Below are positions 52,301 to 59,988 of a stretch of DNA of 64,000 nt, in pieces. Numbering within the stretch: the first letter of the stretch is position 1; each line of letters opens with the position of its first letter. Made by a program: the position numbers and the translations under genes. Under the pieces are notes generated by a model. That model did not search any database, was not told the origin of the DNA, and saw only the letters and a list, made by a program, of their open reading frames with translations. Location of the stretch: NCBI GenBank assembly GCA_040218735.1, contig JAVJQW010000057.1, forward strand, positions 320,001 through 384,000. The letters run 5' to 3'. The DNA is from Deltaproteobacteria bacterium (lineage in GTDB: Bacteria > Myxococcota > Kuafuiibacteriia > Kuafuiibacteriales > Kuafuiibacteriaceae).

Positions 52301-52653
52301 ACGGAGCCTGGCTCGTGCGCTGCCCGAAGTTCGGTGGCTCGGGTGAGGTGACACTCGACAAGTTCCCACCGCAGCGCGACGTCGCCTTGGAGATCACCGG
52401 CCCGTGGGGCGCCGAGGTCAAGATGAACGGCGAGATGCGCGGCAAGGTGCCGGTGACGATCGACCAGCCCATCGACTTCTACGAGGTCGAGGTCAAGGAC
52501 AACGACGGGACGGTGTCGCGCTGGCTCCCGCTCGTCGGGAAGACGCAGCTCAAGATGCCGGACCCGCGCCGCGCCGCGCCGCCGCCCCCGACACCCGAGG
52601 AAGAAGAGCCGAAGGACAAGCCGAAGAAGCGGCGCCGTCGGCGACGTCGTTAA
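49333..52653 (+). CDS. Membrane pseudokinase with long disordered linker and PEGA-like C-terminal domains
   Basis: Keeps APE, DLWRAG and PDQRP.SA but lacks the G-loop, catalytic Lys, HRD and DFG; TM helix FFFGAILFF...LGLSFLF; LG.TPL and RGKVPV PEGA-like motifs. Confidence 0.8.
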   Translation: MSGQSPDDELEAANPPARQDRIATGLVSRDADDKGLDDGLRIGGYVVFRDLALAPGVRLAEARDADGKQVLLQLARCRRADSADQREQRQDYIRMVASATEHLTQDSDLTVYAHGAADEPDGARTLFWAVPWIEGAERLGRAAAQVKTVEQLIAAGASIMERLAARHGRGRLDPLLCEQLLVLKPTGGATLVGVPIHLPDEWIARDAPPARLAPEERETGEPTAKGDLWRAGIALRALASGLDALPDVVGDLIEGLTKATPDQRPASAQDVLVELESMDGTLAASQEPGGSKPAAATVEEPAPPMEVVSSQASAEPVAEPADWALQTLHDDRGAAKELETLLGDVTPDEIRQARDAVRAAVAAKDEKSAVVQPDATPVDMPALDVKPTEPLGSDESETVAAGDEEVETDAHKKADIDAVNEELKHEQQSKPGTASEQPTKPPGIWTRAQQQQTVRVPYPETSESTTAEQVQASDDEIRDSDEVRFGRLPAPTSIPEAPTLLDAKKPKERQTFTKQPDPPRGRPDPHFTKTLIDAPMPDLSTDASDVVLHESNAAPPPEGATANDPASEMTLRDVSRADLERMERSRGDESEFPTMDDSLRKNPRRPDPPTKRTVWDTDTPSHGVSAAAAAAGAMGPKGTVVGVRLIHDPTGLRPVPNLPRLLPPGGNMSGPPAGLLPAATGPAQEHEDLAAQIPGGATIAGQPALLGDPNMLALRARSLQPAPSDARALPPGGWPDGSQGALVPPNARAIQPAVSQEGMLVRPPARDLPPASSQNPSQSHSGFEAPQLPAPIEAPQPSQDLPKVSRSTPPQSHSEPTPPPPRRSSAWFFFGAILFFATGGAVALGLSFLFPGSGSPTANLGRNPAAIPAQTNPYAIGPAAEVVLEATPRDAKVLSERTGRILGTTPLRFLVPQGVPTAVMVAAEGYEPQRLVLPDRGRISTDLVPLGKNEHCRVSITAPEGVGLEGFGGDVEVGTRFRIPGSVVLRSEGHGAWLVRCPKFGGSGEVTLDKFPPQRDVALEITGPWGAEVKMNGEMRGKVPVTIDQPIDFYEVEVKDNDGTVSRWLPLVGKTQLKMPDPRRAAPPPPTPEEEEPKDKPKKRRRRRRR

Positions 52654-53057
52654 CTCAGGCGACGACGCAGGCTCCCGTCGAAGACGGAGGGCGCCTCCAT
52701 CAAGAACCAGAGCGCGATGGCTGCGTCGAGGATCGCGCAGCCGAGCGAGGACGTCTCCATGAACGGCCAGATCGGGTTGCCGTAGAAGTGGTGCAAGAGG
52801 TCCCAGCCGGTGTGCATCAACCAGGCGATGCCGATGAACCGGTATGACTTCAGCCCGAGGTACGCGACGTACGCCCCGACCACGACGTACGTCAGCTCCC
52901 AGACGCCGAACCCACCCGCCACGTAGGCTCCGGCGGCCCCGCCTACGAAGACCGCGTTGAATCGCTGCCGCGCAGGCTCGCGGATCAGTGACATGAGGAG
53001 CACGAAGCCGAGCGCGCCGATCAGCGGGCCGACGAAATCCATCACCTGAAGTTCCAT
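52650..53057 (-). CDS. Small membrane protein (DUF6010-like)
   Basis: Hydrophobic; IGIAWLMHTGWDLLHHFYGNPI...GCAILD. Confidence 0.8.
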   Translation of the reverse strand: MELQVMDFVGPLIGALGFVLLMSLIREPARQRFNAVFVGGAAGAYVAGGFGVWELTYVVVGAYVAYLGLKSYRFIGIAWLMHTGWDLLHHFYGNPIWPFMETSSLGCAILDAAIALWFLMEAPSVFDGSLRRRLS

Positions 53058-53091
53058 GGTTCGAGCGTACGAATTCCTGCATCATGGGCCA

Positions 53092-54081
53092 GTGGCCAAA
53101 ACGACAACGTTCGAAGGATTCCAGCCAAAATCGAATCACCCCCATCGGGTGGGTGTGGTGGTCTTCGATGGTGTGGTGCTCGGCGACGTCGCGGTGCCGT
53201 GCGAGGTGTTGGGGAGAGTCCAAGGGCCGGACGGCCGACCCGCATACGACGTGCGAGTCTGCAGTGCCCGCGCCGAAGTCGAGACGGCGCACGTCTCCAT
53301 CAAGCCCGGGTGGCGCCTCGCATCCCTCGCGCGTTGTGACACGGTGATCGTTCCGGGTATCGACGACGTCACCGGCCCGATGCCCGGCGAGATCGTTCGC
53401 GCGATTCAGCGAGCCGCCGACAGAGGCGCGCGCATCGCGTCGATCTGCAGCGGCGCGTTCATCCTCGCGGCCACGGGGCTGTTGGATGGAATGCGCGCGA
53501 CGACGCATTGGCTTGGCGCTCCGTTGCTCCAGGAGCGGTACCCGGACATCGAGGTCGATCCGGACGTGCTGTACGTCGACCACGGCCACATCCTCACGTC
53601 CGCGGGCGCCGCCGCCGGGATGGATCTCTGCATTCACATCGTTCGCTCCGACCTCGGCGCGGAGGTCGCGGCGCACGTCGCACGCCTCTCCGTCATGCCG
53701 CTCGAGCGTGCCGGGGGGCAGGCACAGTTCATCGACCATCCATCACCGGACGCCGACGGAGAGTCACTGAGCGAGCTCCTCGGGTGGATCGAGCGAAACC
53801 TCAGGAGCCCGCTCACGCTGCCGGTCATCGCGCAACGGGCCGCGATGAGCACGCGTACCTTTTCCCGACGATTCCGCGAGCAAACCGGAACGACGCCGGC
53901 GCAGTGGATCATTCGAGCCCGCGTTCGCGAGGCGCGACGTCTCCTCGAGACCACTCGGCTCTCGGTGGAGCACATCGCGACGAACGTCGGCTTCGGATCG
54001 TCCGCGGTGTTGCGACAGCGCTTCGCTCAGCTCGTCGGCACGAGTCCTCGCGCGTACCGAAGCGCTTTTAGTCGCGCCTGA
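53092..54081 (+). CDS. GlxA-family transcriptional regulator (DJ-1/PfpI + AraC)
   Basis: SICSGAF, ATTHW, TSAG.AAG.DL, R.GGQAQF, AMS.RTF.RRF and GTSP..YR motifs. Start uncertain (53056-53149). Confidence 0.93.
   Translation: MAKTTTFEGFQPKSNHPHRVGVVVFDGVVLGDVAVPCEVLGRVQGPDGRPAYDVRVCSARAEVETAHVSIKPGWRLASLARCDTVIVPGIDDVTGPMPGEIVRAIQRAADRGARIASICSGAFILAATGLLDGMRATTHWLGAPLLQERYPDIEVDPDVLYVDHGHILTSAGAAAGMDLCIHIVRSDLGAEVAAHVARLSVMPLERAGGQAQFIDHPSPDADGESLSELLGWIERNLRSPLTLPVIAQRAAMSTRTFSRRFREQTGTTPAQWIIRARVREARRLLETTRLSVEHIATNVGFGSSAVLRQRFAQLVGTSPRAYRSAFSRA
53093..53127. promoter_or_regulatory. Putative operator of the GlxA-family regulator (inverted TGGC boxes)
   Basis: tggccaaaac...gattccagcca in the AT-richer stretch near the divergent gene starts; resembles the AdpA-type TGGCSNGWWY site. 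Confidence 0.35.
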
Positions 54082-54099
54082 CTCATAAGAACGCCGGTG

Positions 54100-55374
54100 A
54101 TGTGCAACCAAGGACACGTGGTAGAACCGACGCGGAACCGCCGCAGGCTTGCTCCCTGCCTCGCGGTGTGGGGAGCCATCGCGGTCGCCGGCTGTGGTGA
54201 CGCGGAAGCCGAGTGCCGGTTCGTCCCCAAGAAGACCAGTCATGCGCCTGCTTCGCCAGCGAGCGATCAGCTCTTCGATCGCACTTTCCTGCACGATGTC
54301 GTTCTCGAGCTGGCGCCGAGCGATCTCCCGTCTCTGAGCGGAACCACAGGCCCTCTCGACAAACCCGACCGCGTCCCCGTCATGGTTCGCTTCGATCACA
54401 TCGAGACGACGGGCCAGATTCGCCTGAAGGGATTGTCGACCTACGTCGGCATCGACGACCGCGCGTCCTTCTCGATCAAGTTCGAAGGAGACAACCGCCT
54501 GGCGAGCATGAAGAAGATCGTCCTCAACAGCACGCTTCACGATTCGACGCTGGTGCGTGCGCCTGTCGCCTACGCCCTCGCGGCCAAGATCGGGCTCGCC
54601 GCCCCACGTGCCGCCTACGCTCGTGTCACTCTGAACGGTGAGCTCATGGGGCTCTACAATGTCATCGAGCCCATCAACAAGCAGTTCCTGGCCGCTCACT
54701 TCGGTGAGGAGCAGGCCTGGGGCAACTTGTACGAGGCCTCGGACTTCTCGCTGCTCGCGCCGGGCGGGCCGGGCTCGAAACCTCCCGACCTCAAGGACGA
54801 AGACGAGGGGCGGTGTCGAGGGGATCTCGAGGAGCTGCAGAACGCGCTCGGGTCCGCGACTTCGGAGCAATTCGTCGACGCCCTCGACGCCCGCGTCGAT
54901 GTCGACCAGCTCTTACGGCTCGTTGCGCTGGAGAATGTCATTGTCCGAACGGACGGCTTCTCGGACGCGCGCAACAACTTCTACCTGTACCGCCCCCCAA
55001 CGCCGCAATCTCGGTGGGTGATGCTCCCGTGGGGGATGGATACGCTGCTGGCGAGTGCTGACCGCGACCCCTGGGAGCTGCGAGGCTCGGACAGCGGGCC
55101 GGACCTGGCTTCGCCGCTCGTGCACAGGATGGCGCAGGCCAGCGAGCTCGTCGCGCGGTACCGTCCTGTCGTCGACGAAGCCGCGGAAGCGTTCGAGGCG
55201 TCCGTGGTCGAAAGTGAGCTCGAGCGGGTGTCGTCGTTCTTCGAGTCCGAGGTCGTGGAGCGACCGCTGTCCGCGCGGCTCCAGGCCGAGGCGCGGGACT
55301 TCGCCGAACAGGCGCCCCTCTTGCGGCAGATCGTTCGGTCGCGCGCAGCCTACCTGCAGGCGGGGCGGCCGTGA
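54100..55374 (+). CDS. CotH kinase-family lipoprotein
   Basis: Lipobox AVAGC; RLKG, SFSIKF, IVLN, AYARV.LNG..MGLY..IE, NNFYLY and PWGMD motifs. Confidence 0.88.
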   Translation: MCNQGHVVEPTRNRRRLAPCLAVWGAIAVAGCGDAEAECRFVPKKTSHAPASPASDQLFDRTFLHDVVLELAPSDLPSLSGTTGPLDKPDRVPVMVRFDHIETTGQIRLKGLSTYVGIDDRASFSIKFEGDNRLASMKKIVLNSTLHDSTLVRAPVAYALAAKIGLAAPRAAYARVTLNGELMGLYNVIEPINKQFLAAHFGEEQAWGNLYEASDFSLLAPGGPGSKPPDLKDEDEGRCRGDLEELQNALGSATSEQFVDALDARVDVDQLLRLVALENVIVRTDGFSDARNNFYLYRPPTPQSRWVMLPWGMDTLLASADRDPWELRGSDSGPDLASPLVHRMAQASELVARYRPVVDEAAEAFEASVVESELERVSSFFESEVVERPLSARLQAEARDFAEQAPLLRQIVRSRAAYLQAGRP

Positions 55375-55402
55375 TGCTTCACCGTCCCGCGGAGTGAACG
55401 GC

Positions 55403-58400
55403 CTAGCGGCGGCGCCTCGCGAACAAGGCAAGGAGCACGAGGAACGCGTAGGCGCCGGGGCGACGGCCTTCCGTGGTGTTGCACCCGCACCCGTCGTCCG
55501 CGGGGGGCGCCTCCGTTCCGGCGTCCGAGGTGACGCCGCCGTCTGCGGGCGACGTCGTACCGCCGTCGGCGACGCCGCTGTCGCGCTCGGGGGCGGTGGT
55601 CTCGACGCACTCGTTCGGGCCCGAGTCACACGGGACGTCGGGGGCGAGGGAGGTGCCGTCGAGCGCGAGGAGGTAGGCGAGCAGGTCGTCGCGCCCGGCG
55701 ACGTCGCCGTGGCGATCGAGGACGTCGTCGAGCGTCGCCGCGGAGCCGTCGTGGAAGTACGGCGCCGTGGCGAACACCCCGCGGAGCGTCGGGGTGTCGA
55801 AGCCGACACCGGCGAGCGGTTCACCGATCCCCTGCCCGCTCGTGGGTTGGATGGTGCCGACGTCGTGGCGCATGCCGTCGGTGAACGTCGCGCCCGTGTG
55901 GCAGGTCGCGCAGCCTTCGGCGATGAACACTTCGCGACCGCGGCGGGCTTCGAGGGTGAGGCTCGCGTCCGCGGCGCGGTGCGGGCTCGCGGGGTAGTCG
56001 ACGAGCGACGCGACGTACGCGGCGAGATCGTCGAGCTCTTGCGAGAGGCCGGCCTTCGGCGCGCCGAGCGGATCGGCGGTGCGCGCGAAGTCTTCGTCGG
56101 TGAGGAAGCCGCGACCGCCGAAGGCGTTGCGGATGTCGTTCTCGAAGTCCTGGATCTCGTCGAAGTTCGCGGTCCAGTGCACGTCGCCGTGCCCGAGGCC
56201 GGCGCGGCCGTTCAGCGCGATGGTGTTGCGGAGCCCCTCGCCCGCCTGCGTGAAGTCCCACGTGCGCCCGTCGTGCCCGCCGTCGAGGTGGCAGCTCGCG
56301 CAGGAGATGTAGCTGTCGCGGCTCATCCGTTCGTCGGAGGCGTCGTAGAAGACGCGTTTGCCCGCGAGCACGTTCGCCGGGAGCGCTTCCTGGGTGACGG
56401 TGACGGTCTCGCCGAGCGGGAGCACCGCGTTGCTCGTGCCGTCGAGGAGGCCGGCGACGTCGTAGTAACTCACGCTGCGCGAGAGAAAGTTGTAGACGGC
56501 GAGGCGCCCGGAGGCCGCGTCGAGCGCGAGGCCCTGCGGCGCGCGGCCCACCTCGAACTGCGAGACACGCTCGCGTTTGGCGACGTCGAAGACGTCGACT
56601 TCGTTGACGCCCTGCGAGGCGACGAAGAGGAGATCGGCGTACGGGCTGACCGCGGTGGCGAGCACGAGGTCGCGATCGTTGACGTCGTAGCGCGCCGACA
56701 CCGCGGCGCTCGCGGTCGCGACCGCGAACGGTGAGACGACGGTGCGCACGCGGGTCTCGAACGTGAGCGCATCCCCGTCGCGAACGAGGCCGCGCGCGAT
56801 GTTGTCCTTCTTGCTCGCGACGTAGCCGGTGACACCGTCCGGTGCGATCTGGACGTCGGCGACGTAGTTGGGGACGCCGCGCCCCGTCGCCTCGGTGTCG
56901 GGGCCGGGGTCGAACGGAAGCGCCACGACGTCGATCGGCGCGAGGGTGTCGGCGGAGAGCACGTGCACCTCGCCGCGGTCGTCCGGGGAGATGAAGCGGG
57001 TGACGTAGATACGACCGTCGAACCAGGTGAGCCCGTGCGCGGTGGGGATGCCGGTCGCGCGGGCCTCTTCGGTGCCGTCGGCGCGCAGTCGCACGACGGC
57101 GCCGGTCGCTTCGAGGGCGACGAAGACCGCGCCGTCGGGGGCCACGACCACGCCGTGCGGGGCGGCGTTGACGTCGAGGGGAATCGTGCGGGCGACGTCA
57201 CCGGACGTCGCGTCGAGGACGACGAGGCGGGAGCCTTCGTAGTCCGTCACCCAGACGCGGTCGCCCTCGACCGCGAGCGTTGCGGGGCGGCCGCCGACGC
57301 GCGTCGTCCATCCGAGGCCGCCCGCGTTGGCGCGTGTGACGGTGCCGTTGTCGGGGTTGACGTTGATCGTGTCGCCGCCGACCCACGCGAGCCGCGACGC
57401 GGCGCGCGCCGGGACGTCGACGAGGGGGCGGTGCACGATCTTCACGCCGGAGCAGGTGTTGCCGAGCGGGCCGTCGATCACCGTGAGCCCGATCGGGTGG
57501 CGGCCCGGCGGGAGGAAGACGGAGGGGGAGGGATCCGTGAACGTCTGGCCGGCGACGCGCCACTCGTAGGTGCCGTTCGCGGGGCCCATCGCGGAGAGCG
57601 TGACGGTGCCGGTCACGACCGGCGTGCGATCGATCGCGCAGGGGACCTCGTCCGGGATGATCACGACGGAGTACATGCTGTCGGCGCCGTTGCTCCCGAG
57701 CGCGCCGTTGCCGCCGACGGTGACTTGGCCGGGGCCGAACCGGCGACTGAACGCGTCGCGCGGCGTGTCGGTGGTGTCGACGGTCTCTCCGGTCGCGGTG
57801 TAGCCGCTCATCCAGTTGGGCGTGCTCGACGCGCGTGCGTCGTAGAGGATGACGACCTCCGCGGGTGCGAGCAGATCGAAGCTCAGGAAGTTGGAGAGGA
57901 AGTTGCCGCTGTCGACGTTGGCGGTGATGAGGTACGGCTGCCGCGCGAAGCGCTCCGGGAACCCGGGCTCGAAGACGTAGTTGCGATCGCTGTAGAGGAC
58001 CCGGCCGCTGTCGAACGTGCCGATCGCGTAGGTGCCGAAGCCGATGTTGAGGTCGACGTTGTCGACGGCCGCGGTGGGGGAGAACGGCACCGAGCCGTCG
58101 CCCGTCGTGAACGTGCCTTCGAATCGCACCGACGCGTTCTGCGCGAGGTCGCGCACGCCCTCGGCGACGATCGTGTAGGTCGTGGCGACCTCCAGCGGAG
58201 CGACCGGCGCGAGGTTGACGAGCCCCATCTGCGCGGAGACCACGGTGGGCACGACGTTCCCCATCGCGTCCTCGAGGTGGAGCGTGGTCGCCGAGAGGCT
58301 CGCGACGTCGATGTGGTCGGAGAAGCTCAGGCCGACGCGCGTGGTGAGCGCGACGTCTGCGCTGCCGGTGGGCGGGTGCATCCACTCGACCGCCGGCGGG

Positions 58401-59479
58401 GTCGTGTCGGGCGCCGCCTGGTGCGGGATGAGCGCGGTGCCGACGCCGTGGTCGTCGCCGACGAACACGACGTTGCCGAGCACCGTCGAGAAGTCCTCGT
58501 CGCGGTCGGTGCGGTCGGAGCTCCCCGTGCCGATCTGCATCGGCGGCGAGATTTGGAACTTGGCGTAGTTGTTCGAGAAGCCGGAGTGGAAGTAGCCGTC
58601 CTGGTACGAGCCGTACCCGCCGGAGTCGAAGAAGAAGCCGACGGAGTCGAGGAGCGAGATGTTCCCGTCCGGCGTGACCTGCAGGAACGTGGCGCGCGGC
58701 GGGATGTTGCCAGAGACGAGGATCTTGCCGTCGCCCGCGAACAGGTGGCTGTACCCCGAGCGGCCGTCGAACTGTCGGAGGAGCCGCGGGGCGTCGGGGA
58801 CGGAGACGTCGAGGGTCGCGACGGAGCGCCCTTGGGTCTCCATGATCACCGCGAGGTTGCCGACGACGAAGACCTGCGCGGGGCTGACGCCGCCGAGATC
58901 ACCGGTCGGCGTCTGGGAGAGGACGACCGGGTTCAGCGGGTCGGTCGCGTCGACGACGTACAGGCCGGAGTCGACCCCCGCGACGTAGAGGTACGGCGCC
59001 TGCCAGAACAGCCACCAATCACCGCTGTAGTCGCCGCGGCTGATCCCGTTCATGTCGAGGTACGAGAGGAGTTGGATCGCCATCGGGTTGGTGACGTCCC
59101 AGATCTGAACGCCGTCCACGCCCTGCGCCGCGAGGAGTAGCTGTGTGCCGACCCACGCGAGTGAGAAGCCGTGCGCCTCGCGCAGGCCGTGGGTGTCCGT
59201 GTTGTCGTAGCGAACCGCCAACGTGGGGCTGCGCGGGTTGGACACGTCCCAGAACTCGATGCCTCCGTTGTTGGCGTTGCCGCCCCCGTCACTCGAGTAG
59301 ATGACCATCAGGTAGCCCTGAACGATCGCCACGTTCCCGTGACCCTCGGGGCTCTCGACGAAGCCGACCGGCGTGAAGACCTCGCTCGCGTTGTACGTGA
59401 GGTTGCCGAGCCCCGGCCCGACCTGGGCCGAAGCGGTGGAGGCCGCGAACAGGAACGCGGTCGCGAGAGCCCAACGCAT
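55403..59479 (-). CDS. Large surface protein: LVIVD repeats, Ig-like, beta-propeller, di-heme cytochrome c domain, MYXO-CTERM
   Basis: Signal peptide; WDVSNP/WDVTNP/VDATDP repeats; DTTPP...GVRDLA Ig-like domain; SCASCH and CATCH; TPTLRGVFATAPYFHDGSA; GCGC + hydrophobic helix + RRRR. Confidence 0.9.
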   Translation of the reverse strand: MRWALATAFLFAASTASAQVGPGLGNLTYNASEVFTPVGFVESPEGHGNVAIVQGYLMVIYSSDGGGNANNGGIEFWDVSNPRSPTLAVRYDNTDTHGLREAHGFSLAWVGTQLLLAAQGVDGVQIWDVTNPMAIQLLSYLDMNGISRGDYSGDWWLFWQAPYLYVAGVDSGLYVVDATDPLNPVVLSQTPTGDLGGVSPAQVFVVGNLAVIMETQGRSVATLDVSVPDAPRLLRQFDGRSGYSHLFAGDGKILVSGNIPPRATFLQVTPDGNISLLDSVGFFFDSGGYGSYQDGYFHSGFSNNYAKFQISPPMQIGTGSSDRTDRDEDFSTVLGNVVFVGDDHGVGTALIPHQAAPDTTPPAVEWMHPPTGSADVALTTRVGLSFSDHIDVASLSATTLHLEDAMGNVVPTVVSAQMGLVNLAPVAPLEVATTYTIVAEGVRDLAQNASVRFEGTFTTGDGSVPFSPTAAVDNVDLNIGFGTYAIGTFDSGRVLYSDRNYVFEPGFPERFARQPYLITANVDSGNFLSNFLSFDLLAPAEVVILYDARASSTPNWMSGYTATGETVDTTDTPRDAFSRRFGPGQVTVGGNGALGSNGADSMYSVVIIPDEVPCAIDRTPVVTGTVTLSAMGPANGTYEWRVAGQTFTDPSPSVFLPPGRHPIGLTVIDGPLGNTCSGVKIVHRPLVDVPARAASRLAWVGGDTINVNPDNGTVTRANAGGLGWTTRVGGRPATLAVEGDRVWVTDYEGSRLVVLDATSGDVARTIPLDVNAAPHGVVVAPDGAVFVALEATGAVVRLRADGTEEARATGIPTAHGLTWFDGRIYVTRFISPDDRGEVHVLSADTLAPIDVVALPFDPGPDTEATGRGVPNYVADVQIAPDGVTGYVASKKDNIARGLVRDGDALTFETRVRTVVSPFAVATASAAVSARYDVNDRDLVLATAVSPYADLLFVASQGVNEVDVFDVAKRERVSQFEVGRAPQGLALDAASGRLAVYNFLSRSVSYYDVAGLLDGTSNAVLPLGETVTVTQEALPANVLAGKRVFYDASDERMSRDSYISCASCHLDGGHDGRTWDFTQAGEGLRNTIALNGRAGLGHGDVHWTANFDEIQDFENDIRNAFGGRGFLTDEDFARTADPLGAPKAGLSQELDDLAAYVASLVDYPASPHRAADASLTLEARRGREVFIAEGCATCHTGATFTDGMRHDVGTIQPTSGQGIGEPLAGVGFDTPTLRGVFATAPYFHDGSAATLDDVLDRHGDVAGRDDLLAYLLALDGTSLAPDVPCDSGPNECVETTAPERDSGVADGGTTSPADGGVTSDAGTEAPPADDGCGCNTTEGRRPGAYAFLVLLALFARRRR

Positions 59480-59524
59480 TGAAATCAGGAGCTATCAGTT
59501 CGGTCCGCGAACGAAAACCGGACG

Positions 59525-59899
59525 TCAGGCGCTCATGACCGAAGCGGCGTCGCTTCGCGTTCGTTCCACGGCGCGAACGAGGAATCGAACGGCATCGGCC
59601 AGATCCGCCTCGGAGCGCACCAGGAGCGTCGCTGCGCCCCCCGCCGCCGGGATGATCAACCGCGAGCGCCCCGGCGCCCGCCACAGACCCGTGACGTCGA
59701 TGCGAACCGCCCGTTTCCGGGGCCTGCAGCGCACGTAGGCCAGCGCTCGCCCGTCACAGTCGAGCCGTCGGTACGGTGCGGGGCCGGTACAGAGGACCGT
59801 CCCCTCGGAGACGCCGAGCGCCGGTTCCATGACGACACCCTGAATGAGTTTGTGCGCGAGCGTGTGGAGCCAATCGGCGACGTTCTGGTGCCTGTTCAT
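59525..59899 (-). CDS. Hypothetical protein
   Basis: ATG at 59899; fills the gap between same-strand genes; globular-looking sequence. Confidence 0.55.
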   Translation of the reverse strand: MNRHQNVADWLHTLAHKLIQGVVMEPALGVSEGTVLCTGPAPYRRLDCDGRALAYVRCRPRKRAVRIDVTGLWRAPGRSRLIIPAAGGAATLLVRSEADLADAVRFLVRAVERTRSDAASVMSA

Positions 59900-59988
59900 G
59901 CGCCGATGACAACGCAGGATGTGGGCCAACTCGGGCGCGCTCGATCTGTATGAAATTGGGTTCGGTCCGTCCGGCGTTCGTTCGAATT

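Noticed and set aside
54100-55374. CotH as evidence of Bacillus-type spore coat
   Set aside because: CotH-family kinases are widespread outside endospore formers, and no other coat genes are present.
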